A stretch of 64,000 nucleotides of DNA from Strigamia acuminata (lineage: Eukaryota): positions 8,370,001 to 8,434,000 of the forward strand of contig OX442314.1 in the NCBI GenBank assembly GCA_949358305.1, written 5' to 3'. The notes under the pieces were generated by a model, which saw only the letters and a list, made by a program, of their open reading frames with translations, was not told the DNA's origin and did no database searches. Below are positions 1-13,775 of the stretch, piece by piece. The position numbers and the translations under genes are program-made. Position 1 is the stretch's first letter. Each line of letters starts with the position of its first letter.

Positions 1-403
1 TCTGCAGGATAACAATAACATTCCCTTTAATCTCCAAAATTCAAAACAAAATTTCTATAGAAAAAGGAAACTAGGAAAATAAACGCACAACAGGAAATGA
101 TTTAATCGTGAAATAAAACCAGAGATATTTCCGCATCAATTTTTTACAAAGAAATTACACAATTTTTCATAACAAATAAATAATGCAAGCAAATTATTCG
201 TTCAGTTCTTAACGCATCTTGTGCGTGCACCATCCACCGCGCATGAGCAGTGCTTTAGCCCGCCTGAACGAGGACGGCGCGCCGGCGCTACGAGGCACCA
301 CAAGTCGCACGTTTGTCCGTGCAAATACACCATAAGGATTAAGTGCACATGGCTCGTGGTTTGAGCAGCTAACAGCGCAGTTTGTTCACTAGTGCCTTTG
401 TCG

Positions 404-630
404 ATGGGCTGCTCTTTCGTCAAACAGTCGAATGAGGCAGGGGAGGAAGGGCGCAGTGCTAAATCATCCGCCGGGAAAAGCGGAGCTGCCAATGCCGTCG
501 ACACTCCCGCAGCGCCGGCTCCGGTCGATCCACGACTCCCGCTCAATGCACGACAGCTTTTCCAGATCGGGAAGTCCTGGAAAGGGATTAGTAGAGCCAT
601 GGAGTACACTGGGGTCAATATGTTTATCAA
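404..630 (+). CDS. First coding exon of a globin X-like (N-acylated, neuroglobin-like) gene
   Basis: ATG 404 gives MGCSFVKQ...PAPVDPRLPLNARQLFQIGKSWKGISRAMEYTGVNMFI(K). It has an MGC myristoylation/palmitoylation start and globin A/B-helix sequence (SW at A-helix, G..MF). It ends in a phase-2 donor AA|GTAAGT at 631, matching the conserved B12.2 globin intron. No further exon was recognised in the window. Confidence 0.85.
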
Positions 631-1924
631 GTAAGTCGTTTGTTTTCTTTTATCGATTTTTTTTTATGGTTGAAAAAAAAATCGATTTTTTTATTGTTCT
701 CGGTAGTTTTCGATATTTTTTTTTTCGATTTTTTTTCGTTTTGCTTCATTGATGGAAAAAAATCGATTTGAAAAAAAAATTAAAAAATCGATTTACAATT
801 TTTTTTAAACATCGATTTAAAAAATCGACTAATTTCTTCATTCAACAAAAAAATCCTGAAAAAACCAAAAACAAAAAAAAAAAAAAAATCCTGAAAAAAT
901 ATTGTAAAAAAAAATCGATTTTTGTTTTTATTTAAATCGATACAAAAATCGACTATATATTTCATCTTTTCTCCTCAAATTTCAATTCGATTTCCAACTC
1001 GATTCTCCGGAATCGATTTTTCTAAGTAGGCAGTATAATAACAAGCAACTCTTAACCTAATTTCAAAAGCGCACGAAAATAAAGATAACAATCGATATTT
1101 GAAAAGCCAGCAGAAATTAAAGACAAACAAACACTTGCTTAGTAATTAATTATGATGATAAAAATACATTATCACAAAACCTTGAAACCGAACCTTACTA
1201 TCAATGGAAAGCTTCAATTAATTGAGGAAATTATGTAACTTGGAACCAAATTAATTCTCCACAACACAAACACACACACATGTGACAAATTCAAATATAG
1301 AAGATGCAAAAAAAAAATCATTCCAGATTTCATTCAGCCTTGACATTCCTCCAGATATTTAAAGACACTTCCAACTTTAACTCTGAAAAAATGGCAGTTG
1401 AGGCCAATAAGCATTTGAAAACATAGAGCCAAATCGATTGCCCTCACAAACATTTCTCCAAAACTAGTGTGGTGTCTTCGCTTCCAGTTTATTGAGTTTA
1501 TCTAAATTTCTACCACATAGTGTACAATTGTGACTGGACAGACGCCGTTAATAGAAATTGACACAAGAGATTGGATTCAGGGGTTTACGGCCTTTATTTA
1601 GTGTCTAGGGGTCAGTATCTTATGTCTTTACCCATTGCTTGCCGCTTTAAACGGCATGCCACTACAGCGAGGGTTCAACAAAATTGCTGGTAAATCTGGT
1701 TTATAAGGCATTTTTACAAGCATTTTAGTGGAATTTCTAATAAGTGATATTTCCAAAAGTTGGTACTTTTACTAACAGCGGAATGCCGCATAAGGTAGGG
1801 TACCTTGCGGTTAGGGTTAAACAGCGTGGTCTGATTGCGTTGTTTAATTATGTGTTTCTGAACAATTTCTTTGATCCAAAAGCAATTTCTGGCTCATAAC
1901 CGACCATGCTGTCCATGGTTAAGT

Positions 1925-2166
1925 CTACCCAGGTAAAAAAAATCTGCAGAATTCTGCAGAAAATTTGCCAGCAGAAAAAATTCTGCAGAAAATCTTTTTT
2001 CTCTGCAGAATTCTGCAGAAAAATTGTCAGCCGAAAACATTCTGCAGAAAAGGTTAACATTTTTCTGCAGAATTCTGCAGAATTCTGCAGATTTTGGTAA
2101 TTTTTTCTGCAGAATACTTTTCTGCAGAGCATGCAGAATTCTGCAGAACGTTTTTCTCCTAGGTAT
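1925..2166. repeat. Small MITE-like repeat built of TTCTGCAGAA palindromic units
   Basis: Many copies of (A)TTCTGCAGAA bounded by TACCCAGG...CCTAGGTA. Partial relatives at ~13070-13180, 15815-15915 and 18630-18675. Confidence 0.6.
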
Positions 2167-2237
2167 GTCCCACTCAGGGTACGGTACTAGAAACGACTTA
2201 TCCCTGTTATCAGCTTTTAATGTGTACTTTAAAATAT

Positions 2238-2626
2238 CTACATCTCCAGGTGACGATAAGTGATGGTTGCATCGCCTTCTTGGGCAAGTGTGACATCCAC
2301 GATGTTCTTAAGACTTTGCGAAGGCTCTTCTTCAGCTTTCATTTTAACTGCAAGAACCACTCGGCGATTAGCTATTGCTGCCCTTCGGTCTTCGTGCAGG
2401 CTGCTGTGAGGTGCAGTTACGCTGCAAACGCCATAGCGTTGCAAACAGCTCGTCCATTACAGAGTTTGTCTATGCACTTCAAGTACATCTTGGTTTCCCG
2501 CTGCGAATCTTTTCGATACAATAATCTATCAACAAGGAACGGCCTAGAACCCTTTCGAAGACCCTTTACTGAGTTAGAGTGGAAGGGTAGCAGAGCTGTC
2601 CCTGTTAGACTTTCTCTGTGGTCCAC
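2238..2626 (-). pseudogene. Degenerate FLYWCH/Mutator-like transposase N-terminal fragment
   Basis: GLRKGS..LLYRKD..MYLKC.DKLCNGRA resembles a FLYWCH-type zinc finger, followed by LKMKAEEEPSQSLKNIVD. Interrupted by stops. Confidence 0.45.
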
Positions 2627-3345
2627 TTCTGACCCCTTTTAAAGTCCACTCTTGCAACATTCCGCCAGGCATGGTAAAGTTGTACTTGTGGGCCGTGTGT
2701 TTGTATTGACCCGTGACTGGAAAGTGGTTTCACTGCTACTAAGTATCTGTAACGATAAAGAAAGTTTGAAGAAGTAGTGAAAAAATTGCTTTCTGTCAAG
2801 ACAGTGTCTATTGACAGAAGAAATTGCTTCTGGTTCAGGTATTATGTTGACATAACGTCGACAAACCATTACAGTCAATAAAGTTTGCGGAAGAGTACTC
2901 GTGGGTTATAAAAAGTTAAGTTATAACTTTGTAACTGTAGTAGAAATTTATAGAGAAGTTTATAAATTTGTGGATTAGAAGAAATGATATGACTTGTCCG
3001 GACCAATCACATGAATAATCATTTCAGCACCGACCTCAGCAAGCCTTAGTATCCAGATACTAACAATTGACCACCTGCTGTAGACCAACTCTAATCCACT
3101 TAAGAATGTGCATAAACTTAATGAATGGTGACCTACTATCTAGCGGGCACAAAAAACACCCGTGGACAAAAAATACTTCCCTACAGTACAGCTGGTTGTA
3201 AGTTTATCCACAAAGAGACATAAACCATTGGGATTTAATTACCTCAGTCTGTCTTTTTAATACTGTGTCAAGGAAAGACAGTTAACCACATTTAGTACAG
3301 TATAAGATATGCTATTTTCTTCTGGATCGACTACTTAGTGTCTTA

Positions 3346-5093
3346 AGGTGGAAACACAAGGGAGCGGGTAAAATTTAAAAGCTTGCTTTTACTTGAAAGA
3401 CCGGCTAAAAACTCGCCCGCTTGAGCAAACACAAGCTTGCGTTTTTATTCAAAGCTTTGTTTTTGAAGCGAGCTTGTACTCACCCGCTCCGATCACACTG
3501 AGTTTGATTTACCAGCTTCGAGCTTGCTGGTGTTTTGGTCATGTGACTTTGACAGCCAATCAGAATCGTGAGGAAATTCTTGGAGGTGATTTTTTTGGCG
3601 TTATAACAAAAGTTCGTTACATCAATTTTTTTTAACACGGTGTTCTATGGTCTACCAACCAACCAAGCCATTTTTAAGTATTCGTTACAACAAAAAATTT
3701 GTTATATCGCGGTTCGTTATGACGAGGTTCGAGTATAGTTTAAATTTATACATTTGAGCAGTGCTGAGCTTTATTAGACTGCTGTCACTAATCCCATTTT
3801 AGTGAATGGACGTTCCCTAACTTTAATTTTACTAAAATCCATACTCCACTGCTAATTAGTCTCCATGGTAAATTTCCATGAATACTCTCATTGGTCAATG
3901 GCACTGTGGCATCTGTAAACATCATGATTTGTTATTCTCATCTCCTAACATTTATTTCTAGCAAAACCGACAAATTTCATCCACGGTTGACCTGGATTGG
4001 ATGCCTGTTCAATATTATAGGGAAATTAACACACTTCTCAGGTTTTATGTTCTATTTATTGTTGGTTTATATGGATTTTGTGGTTGAGAAATTATTTATT
4101 AGTCATTTATTGCACAATAAGCAATCTATTAAATGCTTTTTTTTACTATCATAAACTATTGTTAGAAATGTTCAATGAATTATTCAGTACTATACACAAA
4201 TCTATGGTCCATACTATGCTTCAATGGAAATTTAATAATGCAGGTCAGTCACTCCATGAAGAGGCTTTCAAATAATCCTCTAACTATTACTCTGGTGGTA
4301 GATACCACCTGAGTTGAGGCAATTCCATTTTGTATCAAAACTCCAGTTATAGATTTATGATTAAGATAAAACTAATGATTGTTTGCTTTCCTGCACACAG
4401 CATGTAACCTGTTTTATGGCCTACATACTCTCTATCATGTATGGCATGAATTAGAAAAACATCTATTGTTATCAATTTCTCTTTGCAAGCAGAGACACTA
4501 TTATTGATCAACAATAATATTTCTACTAGAAATTCTCCATATTTTTCTCATCTCTTGGCAATGGTTTAAAAAACCCCCACAAGATGCTGCAAATCACCAC
4601 TGACTACACTCAGTAAATTGATGTTGTCTGCTTTATAAGGAATTGGGAGAATGCCATGAGTAAAACTGCTGAGATGGCCAACTTACTCCTAAGCCGGTAA
4701 TGCCCATGGGACAGAGAATTGGCAAGCCCCAACATCTCCAGAGGGTTTTAAGTAAAATGAAACCAAAAGTAACCTTTTGGTTTTATGACATCTACCATTT
4801 TTACACCTAGCGTTCAATACTTTCTTCTCGCCCGTTCCGATCAAACTGAGTTTGATTTACCAGCTTCAAGCTAGCTGGTGTTTTGGTCATGTGACTTTGA
4901 CGGCCAATCAGAATCGTGAGGAAATTCTTGGAGGAGATTTTGGCGGGAATTTCTGGCTAGCTACCTAGCTAGCTTGAGTTTGCCAGTTAAGCTGGAAAGC
5001 CAAAAGCGGGTGAAGTGAGCTTGTAAATGACTCCCTCTTTAAACTTGTACTAGCAAGCTTTGGAATTTTACCCGCTCCCTTGTGATTCCACCT
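3346..5093. mobile_element. Non-autonomous PIF/Harbinger-type element
   Basis: TIR AGGTGGAAACACAAGGGAGCGGGTAAAATT / AATTTTACCCGCTCCCTTGTGATTCCACCT flanked by TTA on both sides. Internal direct duplication ~3480-3600 / ~4830-4945. Confidence 0.65.
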
Positions 5094-6701
5094 TTACGCA
5101 GAGTACCCGTCTGTGCAGACGTTGATGGGTCGTTGTATCAAAAAGGTTAAGGTCCTCTCTTTGTAATGAGAAAACATGTTGACTATTGTTAGTATGGTCA
5201 GATGCCCCTTTAATATTGTTCATCTGAAGTGATCCCAAAGATGAGAAGCACCACTATTGGTGTAATAACTGCAACAACTAAGTGTCTTAATAGGCTTTCA
5301 TGCGTTAGAAGCTTATGGTTTTGCCGATGCTACCATTGACACAAACTCGGAATTGCAGCCACATCTACAGTAATTAGCGTCTCGCTCCAGCCGGTTTTAC
5401 TAGAGGTACAATTAAAGGTCAACAGCCCAAAAGCAAATACAAAAACCTCTGAAAGTTATTTTATCGAACGTCTCTGTATGGTCTTTATGTCCAGACCACA
5501 CAGCTCCGGTAGAGTTATAAGTTTTCCACCATACTTATAGGCTTAACGGGGGTTTTTATAAGGGAAAAGGACTTGCCGCAAACAATTCCCCACAATTTAT
5601 TTGTGTTCTTGTTCAATTTAGACATTTATTTTGGTCAATTTAGACCCGCATTGTAAAGGTTACCGGTTTAATGGCCAATCCTGCATTTATAGTGTATATA
5701 TTTCTTTTAAAAAAAAACATTATTTTTATGTTACCGACACATCCATTCAAGCTATGCACACAGCTGGTGTTGAAGTGCTTTTTAATTACAATGCAATATG
5801 ACAAACAGTGCTATAATTAGCTCGTACTAAGAATCGGCTATGATTTTCCTGTGGGTGAGAAAAAAGAAACATAATAATTACATTAAAATTATTCTATTTT
5901 GTATCTTAAAAATGTGTTGTAAATTGAGATGAAAAGGATAAATTGAAATGTGTAGCACGCACATTCCACAAGGACGACTCGTTGAAAAATCAATAACAGC
6001 ACTGAATAAGAGGTGAAATTGAAAACAAACCTTAATTTATTTATTTCCATTCCGATTTTCAATGGCACTTGTCTCTAATTTCCTTCCACAAAATCCAACA
6101 AAACAAACACCGCTTTAACTCCCCAAAAAAAAAATATTTTCTACAAACAAAACATTTTGTGCCGAAAGGTGGAGTTTTATTTGTTTTCAAATATCTTAAC
6201 GAGGGCTAAATTAGAATGCAATCCTGTCCAAAAATCATACTGAAATACATGTTCAGTGTGATAAGATCATTCACTTCTATAGAAAAAAATAATCAACACT
6301 CTGTTGAGGGTAAAAATTGATCCAAGGCTGAGCGGGGAAGCCGCAAATCAATATTGTCAAAAAAATGTGCATAACAGGCGCCATCTGTTGTTTTAGTTTG
6401 CATCAGGAATTCATTAATGGTCAAAACTATTCCTATTTAACTGTTTGTTCTTCCTTAATTTGTCTAGAACACTTTAAAGTAAACACCTTGTATGTATATA
6501 AAATTGTATGCGTCTTTAAATGACTACAGTAATAATGTCATTAAGACAGAGCCAAATTAGAGTGCTTAATAGGCGACGATAAAAAGCCAGGCTGTTGATG
6601 AATCACATATACTCTGGCTCGTCGTAAGAGGGTACCCAGTTCCTATTGGCCGAGCCATTTCACTGGTGTAGGTATACATAAAAATAGGCCAAAATAACTG
6701 G

Positions 6702-6900
6702 ACCCTCACTCTAGGCTGGCAATTGAAATTGTGAGTATAATTTCGTGTTTTGCCACTAGGTTAAACACCAGACAGGTGTTGATACTTGCATACCCTTGTC
6801 TATATAAGTATTGTACAAGTATTATCACCTGTTGATGTCTGGTGTTTCACCTAGTGGCAAAATACAAAATTACTCACAATTTCAATTGGCAGCAAAGGGT
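6702..6900. mobile_element. Fold-back MITE (~200 bp)
   Basis: Arms CAATTGAAATTGTGAGTA..TTTTGCCACTAGGT.AAACACCAGAC and their reverse complement. Confidence 0.6.
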
Positions 6901-6975
6901 GAAGGTCAAGTTTTTTTTAACACGACTGTACGTTGTCGATCTGCCCATTGCTACATCACCATCTTTGTTGCTTGC

Positions 6976-7617
6976 AAGGTTGAATGACGTTATTAGGTTT
7001 GGCCACTTGGGCAAAATGACGTCACTTCCTTAAATCGAAGGGGCAGAGCTATTGATGCTCTGACGTCAGTGGGCGCCCATTCAAAGCGAAAAATGGCATA
7101 GTGTGGTTTTAATGGATCAGAAATCACTGAAATCACTGGTCTCCTGCCAAAAATCAGAAAATCAATAAAAAAAAATTAAAAAAAAAAATTAAAAAAAAAT
7201 TAAATTAAAAATTAAATTCCAAGTTAATTAATCCGCTTATACAGAACTAAATTTTCTAATACTTTAATTTAGCTAAGAGAAAAAATCTTGGATTGGGATG
7301 CCTTGACGATCAACTAATAATAGGCCAAATGTTGGTTTAAAGAACAATGGAACAATGGTGGATTGTGGATGATGGAGCCAAAACAAAAAACCCAAATTGA
7401 AATTCCAAACCTGAAAAATACCGGCAAAATTTGCTGAATAAATTAGATCATTAATTTGGAGTGAATTTTTGACACTTGTGGATTTGGAACTCAGTATCAA
7501 TGTTTTTCAAAGACTGATCAGCACAACTGATGCCCACTGACGTCACAATGTGAGCCAATGAGAGCTGAGTACACCTAATTCTCCAAGTGTCCAAACCTAA
7601 TAACGTTGTTCAACCTT
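6976..7617. mobile_element. MITE with terminal inverted repeats
   Basis: AAGGTTGAATGACGTTATTAGGTTTGG.CACTTGG ... CCAAGTG.CCAAACCTAATAACGTTGTTCAACCTT, plus internal inverted TGACGTCAGTGGGC. Confidence 0.6.
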
Positions 7618-8302
7618 TGTTGCTTTGGCGATCTCATTTCCTGTGGTGAGTTGTGATTGTGATGCTAGAGACGATTATTTAATGACCATGTCTGAATGGT
7701 ATCTATTCAATTGCTTAGATTATTAAATAAGAAATGAATATTAATTACACGCCATAAAATATTGTAGAGGTTTTGTATCAGAAAATAAGGCTGCACTGTG
7801 TATGAAAGATAAGAACACAACGTTTAATTCTGAGGAACATGGATGCTTAGAAACGAATACAAGTGTAAGTGACAACGGTAACTAGGCAGCAATACAATGT
7901 CCTATAAATAATAATATAAGATGCAAGTACGGTAGCACATTTGGTACACTACTAAATACACAATGGTAAATAGAAATAAACAGTGAAATACAATATTCAA
8001 AAGAGCATTAATTAAAAATCATCACTAAATCAAATATATGAACTAAGATGAACGGAGAACCAATTGTCTAACAAGTATTTTATACAATTTTATTAAATGT
8101 AATATTGATGTAATTAATACAAATGCATCCAAGGCTCAAATCACAAATTCTTAACAATCCAATAAAATAAAGAAATCAAAACATTCTACTTTTCCCTAGA
8201 CAAAATTTATCTCAGGTTTCGTCAGGTATACCGTATATTGCTGTGCTAATAATTGGCAATGCCATTCTAGTCCAATGAAACTAAAGGAAGTGTTGTGGTC
8301 TA

Positions 8303-8643
8303 TTATATGTCCACGCTTATGGTCACACTAAAAGCAACGCAAAGAAAAATGAGTAAAAATGCAGTGTCAACAAGATATGCTGAGTTACCATCTTACTTGA
8401 GATTAGGTCCACAAACACAAATATGCTGTGCATTGCAATATCCTTGTATACTTCCTGTGAGAAGAAGGCATTGAAGCTCACAGAGCAAGTCAACGCCCAA
8501 GCCACAAAGAGTCAGCTGTGCCATTGCTGCAACAAGATTTACATGTCAATACTGTGAGTGGAAAAAGTATTATTTTAAAAGTAGAATCATAACTTACCAA
8601 CACCCAAGTATGTCAAACAGAGAAAGATGATAAGAAATTTCAT
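8303..8643 (-). CDS. Defensin-like secreted peptide A (CS-alpha/beta; 3 exons 8643-8598, 8526-8397, 8327-8303; 66 aa)
   Basis: Manual splice with GT-AG introns (phase 1, phase 2): MKFLIIFLCLTYLGVAMAQLTLCGLGVDLLCELQCLLLTGSIQGYCNAQHICVCGPNLNVTISVDI*. Signal peptide plus C-x7-C-x3-C-x10-C-x5-C-x-C with GxC. Confidence 0.88.
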
Positions 8644-11007
8644 TTTGATCAACAAGTCTTTGAATCAATTCTCTATTTATACTGCAGTAATGACTGTCAA
8701 GGTCCTTGTTTACTCTTTCAGCAGTCATTTTAATCCCCAGATATGAAAGAATGCAGACTTTAATCCAAGTCTTGACCAATGGAGAGATAAATCCATATCA
8801 GTGTTGGTGGATTAACTTGAATTTCTGCTTCTTATGTGGAGCCAATGTCAGTGTCCGCCTAAAGATCACTTTCAAGCAATAATCCTAGTAACACTTTTAC
8901 ATTGGAATAACATCGTATAAATGTTGAAATGTTGACAACATGTTTTCTATTAGAAATACTATTTTAATTTTCATGTTATTGCACATTAGGCACCATCGTT
9001 TAGTGATTTTAACGGCTATTATACGAGGCAGTACGAAAAAAAAAATCAAAATTTCCCTCTCATTGTTAATATCGACTCATTATAATTTTTATTTTTATAT
9101 TGTTTAGGGCTATTTTACATGTAGATTTCAAATAAAAAATTAATTTTGCCATCAGTTTGGTCCTTCTATAAAATATCAAGTGGTCAAAAAAATTTGACCT
9201 GGAGTGTATATTCATTTCAAATGGGCTTGCGGATACTCTGAAAAATCCATAGATTGATTCATACAGATATCGGAGTTGCAATATTTTTAACAGCACTTAT
9301 CCATTTTGCAATTCTTTTAAAAGGATCTCATGTTTATCCCCGAGTCTTATTATTTACATTTATTCAGTCTCCGCCTCTCAAAATGCTTCACTCAACAACA
9401 TTTAGCTTTTTATCTCCATAGCAACACGAACTGTGTTCATCAGTTCAATTCCATACCCATTACTGTTCTTTTTGTCTCATTTCTCAGAGAGATAGGGAAA
9501 AAAAAGTAGAAAAATAGGATTGCATGCGTTTGCAATTTATCACAAGGATTAATTCAAGTGACATTTTTTTCCATCTAGTTTCAAGTCATCAAATTGCAAA
9601 TTTAAAAATAATCTTGCAAGTCAAATTAAATGGAATAAGCCTAACTCCCATAAGAACTGCACAAAATAATTTATGCAGTTGGAAAAAAATAAAGTTTTTA
9701 AATATGCAATTTTAATGAAATGCAGTGGATAATTTAAAACCAAAAAAAAAAGTTGGAAAATATCCCTAAAAACCATTTTATATCATCATATTTGTTTTTC
9801 TTCATTAATTTGAATAAAATTGTGCTAAAAATCGATTTTTCTAATGTAAAACCAACCCAAAGCTCTATGAATTCTAATACATGGCTCAGACTAAAATGAA
9901 GTGCTGGAGAATGGATTGTGGCATTCAAAATTCAAAATATATCTTAAAAAAATTTTTTTGGTATGATATATGCTTGTATTCCTTCCAGTTTTAAGGTTTT
10001 ACTGAATAAACTTTATATTTGCCCACAGAATTCACAAATTCTCATTGGTCAGAGGGAAAATTACACCTGGAAAAAATTCCCAATAATTTATTCGCTTTGT
10101 TGAAAGAGGGCTCTGATTACACTGAAGCGCTCCTGAAAAGAGCCGCGACAACTTGTTCACTTTATTGAAAGAGGGCGCTGATCACATTTAGAAAGCAAAC
10201 TTTTAGAGATTATTCCAAAGGTGAATTTCAAATTTGTTTCTTTTAAATTTATTCCAATTGAAAGAATAAACTTTTTTTTAACTTATTCCGGTTGAAAGCC
10301 GCCTTAAAATTTGGTATCAGTGATACACTTGAGGATTTTTGGAATAATGACAGGATATAAGAGTGTGATTTGCAAGAATCAGAGTTTATAAGATTACCCA
10401 AAGTGCCTCAGAGACTAAACAACATATAGATTTGCAAAATTTCTCTATTGTGGGAATTGTAAATTGCAACTTTCTTTCCAATGCATATCATGTTTTTTGT
10501 TGGAGATGAAACACAAACTCAAATCAAGATCCAAAACCAAGACATAGAATTTTTGTTTGCTTTTGTTTTCAATCAATGTCTGTGCAGTCAAAAATCACTT
10601 GCAGGTTGTCAATATGATTCCACAGTAATGTCATCCTGTTCAAACCCAATTGCAAGTGCACTCCAACTATTGCTCTTGTTATTTACCCTTAAAGCTGCAA
10701 TTCCCATTGTTTTAAGGCTCTTTCATCTAAAGTCTTAAAATAAATTGTATTTATGTTATAATCAAACAAAAATCAAACTGTGTGGACAATAATGATTGGC
10801 CTTTTAAGCCTTTCCAGCTATTTGCATATAAACTTGCTTTATTTATGGTGAAAACAAGATACAACAACAAAATCCAAATTATGCAAATCACCCTCTACTG
10901 AAGACTTATTTTAAATTAACCTATACCCTTATAATGACAACAACTCAAGTATCATTTTGATTCATTCTAGATTCAAGTGCTTTAGGTGTAAGGTGTAACA
11001 TTGTAGT

Positions 11008-11343
11008 CTACCGTCGGTTCATGTTTGTGTTCTCGCTGTATGAACACAAGGAAAAATCAGTAAAATGCAACACACAAAACATATTGAGGGTTAATCTCTT
11101 ACATGGAACGATCTTCACAAATACAATCCTGACTTTCATCACAATATCCAACGAAACGTCGAGTGTTAATGCGGCATTGGAGTCTACAGGGCATGTCACC
11201 ACCCAGTACACAAGGCAGATCAATTGCCATTGCTGCAACAAGAAACATGTCAAAACTACAATTGGAAACAATTATTCTTTTTTAAACAAGAAACATAACG
11301 TACCAACATGTATCAAACAGAATAAGATGATTAGGGATTTCAT
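11008..11343 (-). CDS. Defensin-like secreted peptide B (exons 11343-11304, 11232-11103, 11035-11008; 65 aa)
   Basis: MKSLIILFCLIHVAMAIDLPCVLGGDMPCRLQCRINTRRFVGYCDESQDCICEDRSIENTNMNRR*. Same exon phases and Cys spacing. 3' UTR (~10800-11000) is homologous to the other copies and has AATAAA. Confidence 0.88.
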
Positions 11344-11516
11344 GTCTGGTCAACTTGTTAGCCTGATACCACTTGTTTGTTTGTACTTTCCCACTGAAAT
11401 TTCATTCTTTTAAACCATCAGTGCAACTCGTCTGGCTTTTGTTGTGTCATGTGTGGTTAACCATCTGAAACAAACGATCAAAAATGAGAATTAAATTCAA
11501 ACTGAATATTGCTTAA

Positions 11517-12822
11517 AGGTCATGGGAAGAGAAATGAAAAATTTCTCTCAAGTCTTTGAAATACCCTTAAAAAACGTTATGGAACCATTTTAGTTGACTA
11601 ACTTACGAAATAATAAAGAATTTGTCGTTTTACCTGATGAAATCTTGTTATCGTCATTTCAAAAAGGGAACCATTTTGTGAAATGCATTGTGGGATTGCT
11701 ACGTCATCGACGACATGTTTTGAAAACAACAACACCACACGTACATTCGAAGTAGTGTTACGCTCATTGATTCAATTGTTACCAGCCAATTTTAGGCCAA
11801 AAAACATTGATTTTAGAAGTTCCGACTCCAGGGAAATTTTAAAAAATAACTGGTGCCAGCATATTTTGGGCAAAACACATGGCTTTTAGAGGTTCCAACC
11901 TCCGAATATTTTTTTTGTATAAAACAGTACCGATCGATTTTTACACCAAATCCAGCCAAACACCTGTCGCATTTGTGCGATCGAATGCGGCGGGTGTTTG
12001 GCTGCATTCGATCGCGCAAATGCGACGGGTGTTTGGCCGCATTCGATCGCGCAAATGCGGCATGTGTTTGGCTGCATTTGCGCGATCGAATGCGGCCAAA
12101 CACCCGCCGCATTCAATCGCACAAATGCGGGCGCTGTTTGGTCGATTCTCAGGTCTTAAATAAATAAATAATGATAAATAATAATCAAAAACTTGATTAT
12201 AGAATCGGTTTTTTATTGTAAAGTGTCGTTTTAGCTGCATAGTGTAGCACAACACCACCACCCATTCCAAACCGCTAAGGTTTTTACTGCCAGTCTATCA
12301 CCGCTAAAATGATACACTAAATCCTAAAACCGTCAATTTTTTTTTGTTATTGGCTGTTCTTTCCTATTTTTTTTGGAAATTTTTGATGATTTTCTGTTAT
12401 TTTCGGTAATTTTTTAATGTTTTTTGGGGTTACTTTTGGTCATTTTGATAATTTTCGGCTATTTTTATTTTTTAAAAATTTTTAGTTGCTGGTATTTTTT
12501 ATTATTTGCTGTGATTTTTTGTTATTTGCTGTGATTTTCTATTTTTTCTGGTAATTTTCACTAAAAAACATGCTGAAAACGCGAATAGGTGCTGGAATTC
12601 TCGTGCTTGTTTGTCGTCGATGACGTAAAAATAATGCCACCTAGTGGCGGTATCTATAAACTTTGGAAAATCGTAATGGCGGAACAATTACTGCTCGGTT
12701 CGAATTTCAACAGTGGTTTTTAACAATATCAGGTAAGTTAGTGAACTAAACTGGTTACATAACGTTTTTTAAGAGTATTTCAAAGACTTGAGAGAAATTT
12801 TTCATTTCTCTTCCCATGACCT
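11517..12822. mobile_element. Non-autonomous Kolobok-type DNA transposon
   Basis: TTAA|AGGTCATGGGAAGAGAAATGAAAAATTTCTCTCAAGTCTTTGAAATAC ... reverse complement CCCATGACCT|TTAA. ~90-bp TIRs, TTAA TSD with AG termini. Internal palindromic CGATCG/GCGGC repeats at 11950-12140. Confidence 0.8.
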
Positions 12823-13530
12823 TTAAACGTTTCAAACTTCTCTGTACCCTGATTGCACATGTTTGTTTGTACTTTCCTTGTGGGATTTAATTCATTTAAA
12901 CCATCAGTGCAGATCTCCAGTTGGCTTCTGTTGCATTGTACATGTCGTCAGTCGTCTGTGTCAAGTGAGTCATCTGATCATAAACGCAGCAATAAATTGC
13001 AACGTTCGTTGCGGCAATCACCAATGCATCGTTTTGCTGTATTTTAATTCAGGGATAGGACTACTTTGAATTCTCAAAGTTCTGCAGCAATTTGTTAACC
13101 TTTCCTGCACAATTCTGGAGAAAAACCTTTTTTTTTGCATGCAGGTTTTTCTGCAGATTTTTGCAGATTTTTTTCCTGGGGGGGGGGGGGGGGGCAACAA
13201 TAATAGGACTCAATGAATCTTGATAATAAATAAAGTTCTTTCCAGTTATTTGCATATGAACTTGGTTTATTCATGGTCAAAACAATGATAAAACACTATC
13301 CCATCATACCCCAATTACCCTCCACCAAAGACGTATTTTAAATTAACCCATACCCTTACAAAGACAACATCTCATGTATCATCTTGATTCAAAAAAACAA
13401 GCATTGTTAACTTAGTTTCAGGATGCAATTGATGTCAAGTGCTGAACAGAGCCAAATAGAAGTGATTTTTGTGAAAATAATTGCCGATGCCTTAATGTCG
13501 TACTGTAGTCCAATTCCGGTGGAAAGCTAA

Positions 13531-13753
13531 TGCCTTGTTCACACTTAAACCACTTTTGTAGAAGTTCAGGCTAATTTCGATAAGTATACTTCAGAGCTGT
13601 CATACTTTTTGTACAAATTAGCGACGTTTTTAACAAGAAGTGACGTCAAAAGTGACTTTTTCAACTTGAAGTTGTACAAAGCCATTACAAATGTGAATAA
13701 CAGAGTTTCTAAAAGCTGTCTAGAAGAAAATAAGTTGAAGTGTGAACAAGGCA
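13531..13753. mobile_element. Harbinger-type MITE in the defensin 3' UTR (also ~16447-16669, ~36728-36949, ~42862-43078, ~47353-47589)
   Basis: TAA|TGCCTTGTTCACACTT ... AAGTGTGAACAAGGCA|TAA. Absent from paralogs A and B. Confidence 0.75.
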
Positions 13754-13775
13754 TAAGAGAGACATTGTAGTCTAG

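Noticed and set aside
10481..10738. 85-aa ORF with Cys and a hydrophobic C-terminus
   Set aside because: No matching exon structure or family motif, and not globin-like. Probably chance.
11813..12270. Overlapping ORFs and CRISPR-like look of palindromic repeats
   Set aside because: Internal tandem/inverted repeats of a Kolobok-type element, with no unique spacers or cas genes, in a eukaryotic context.
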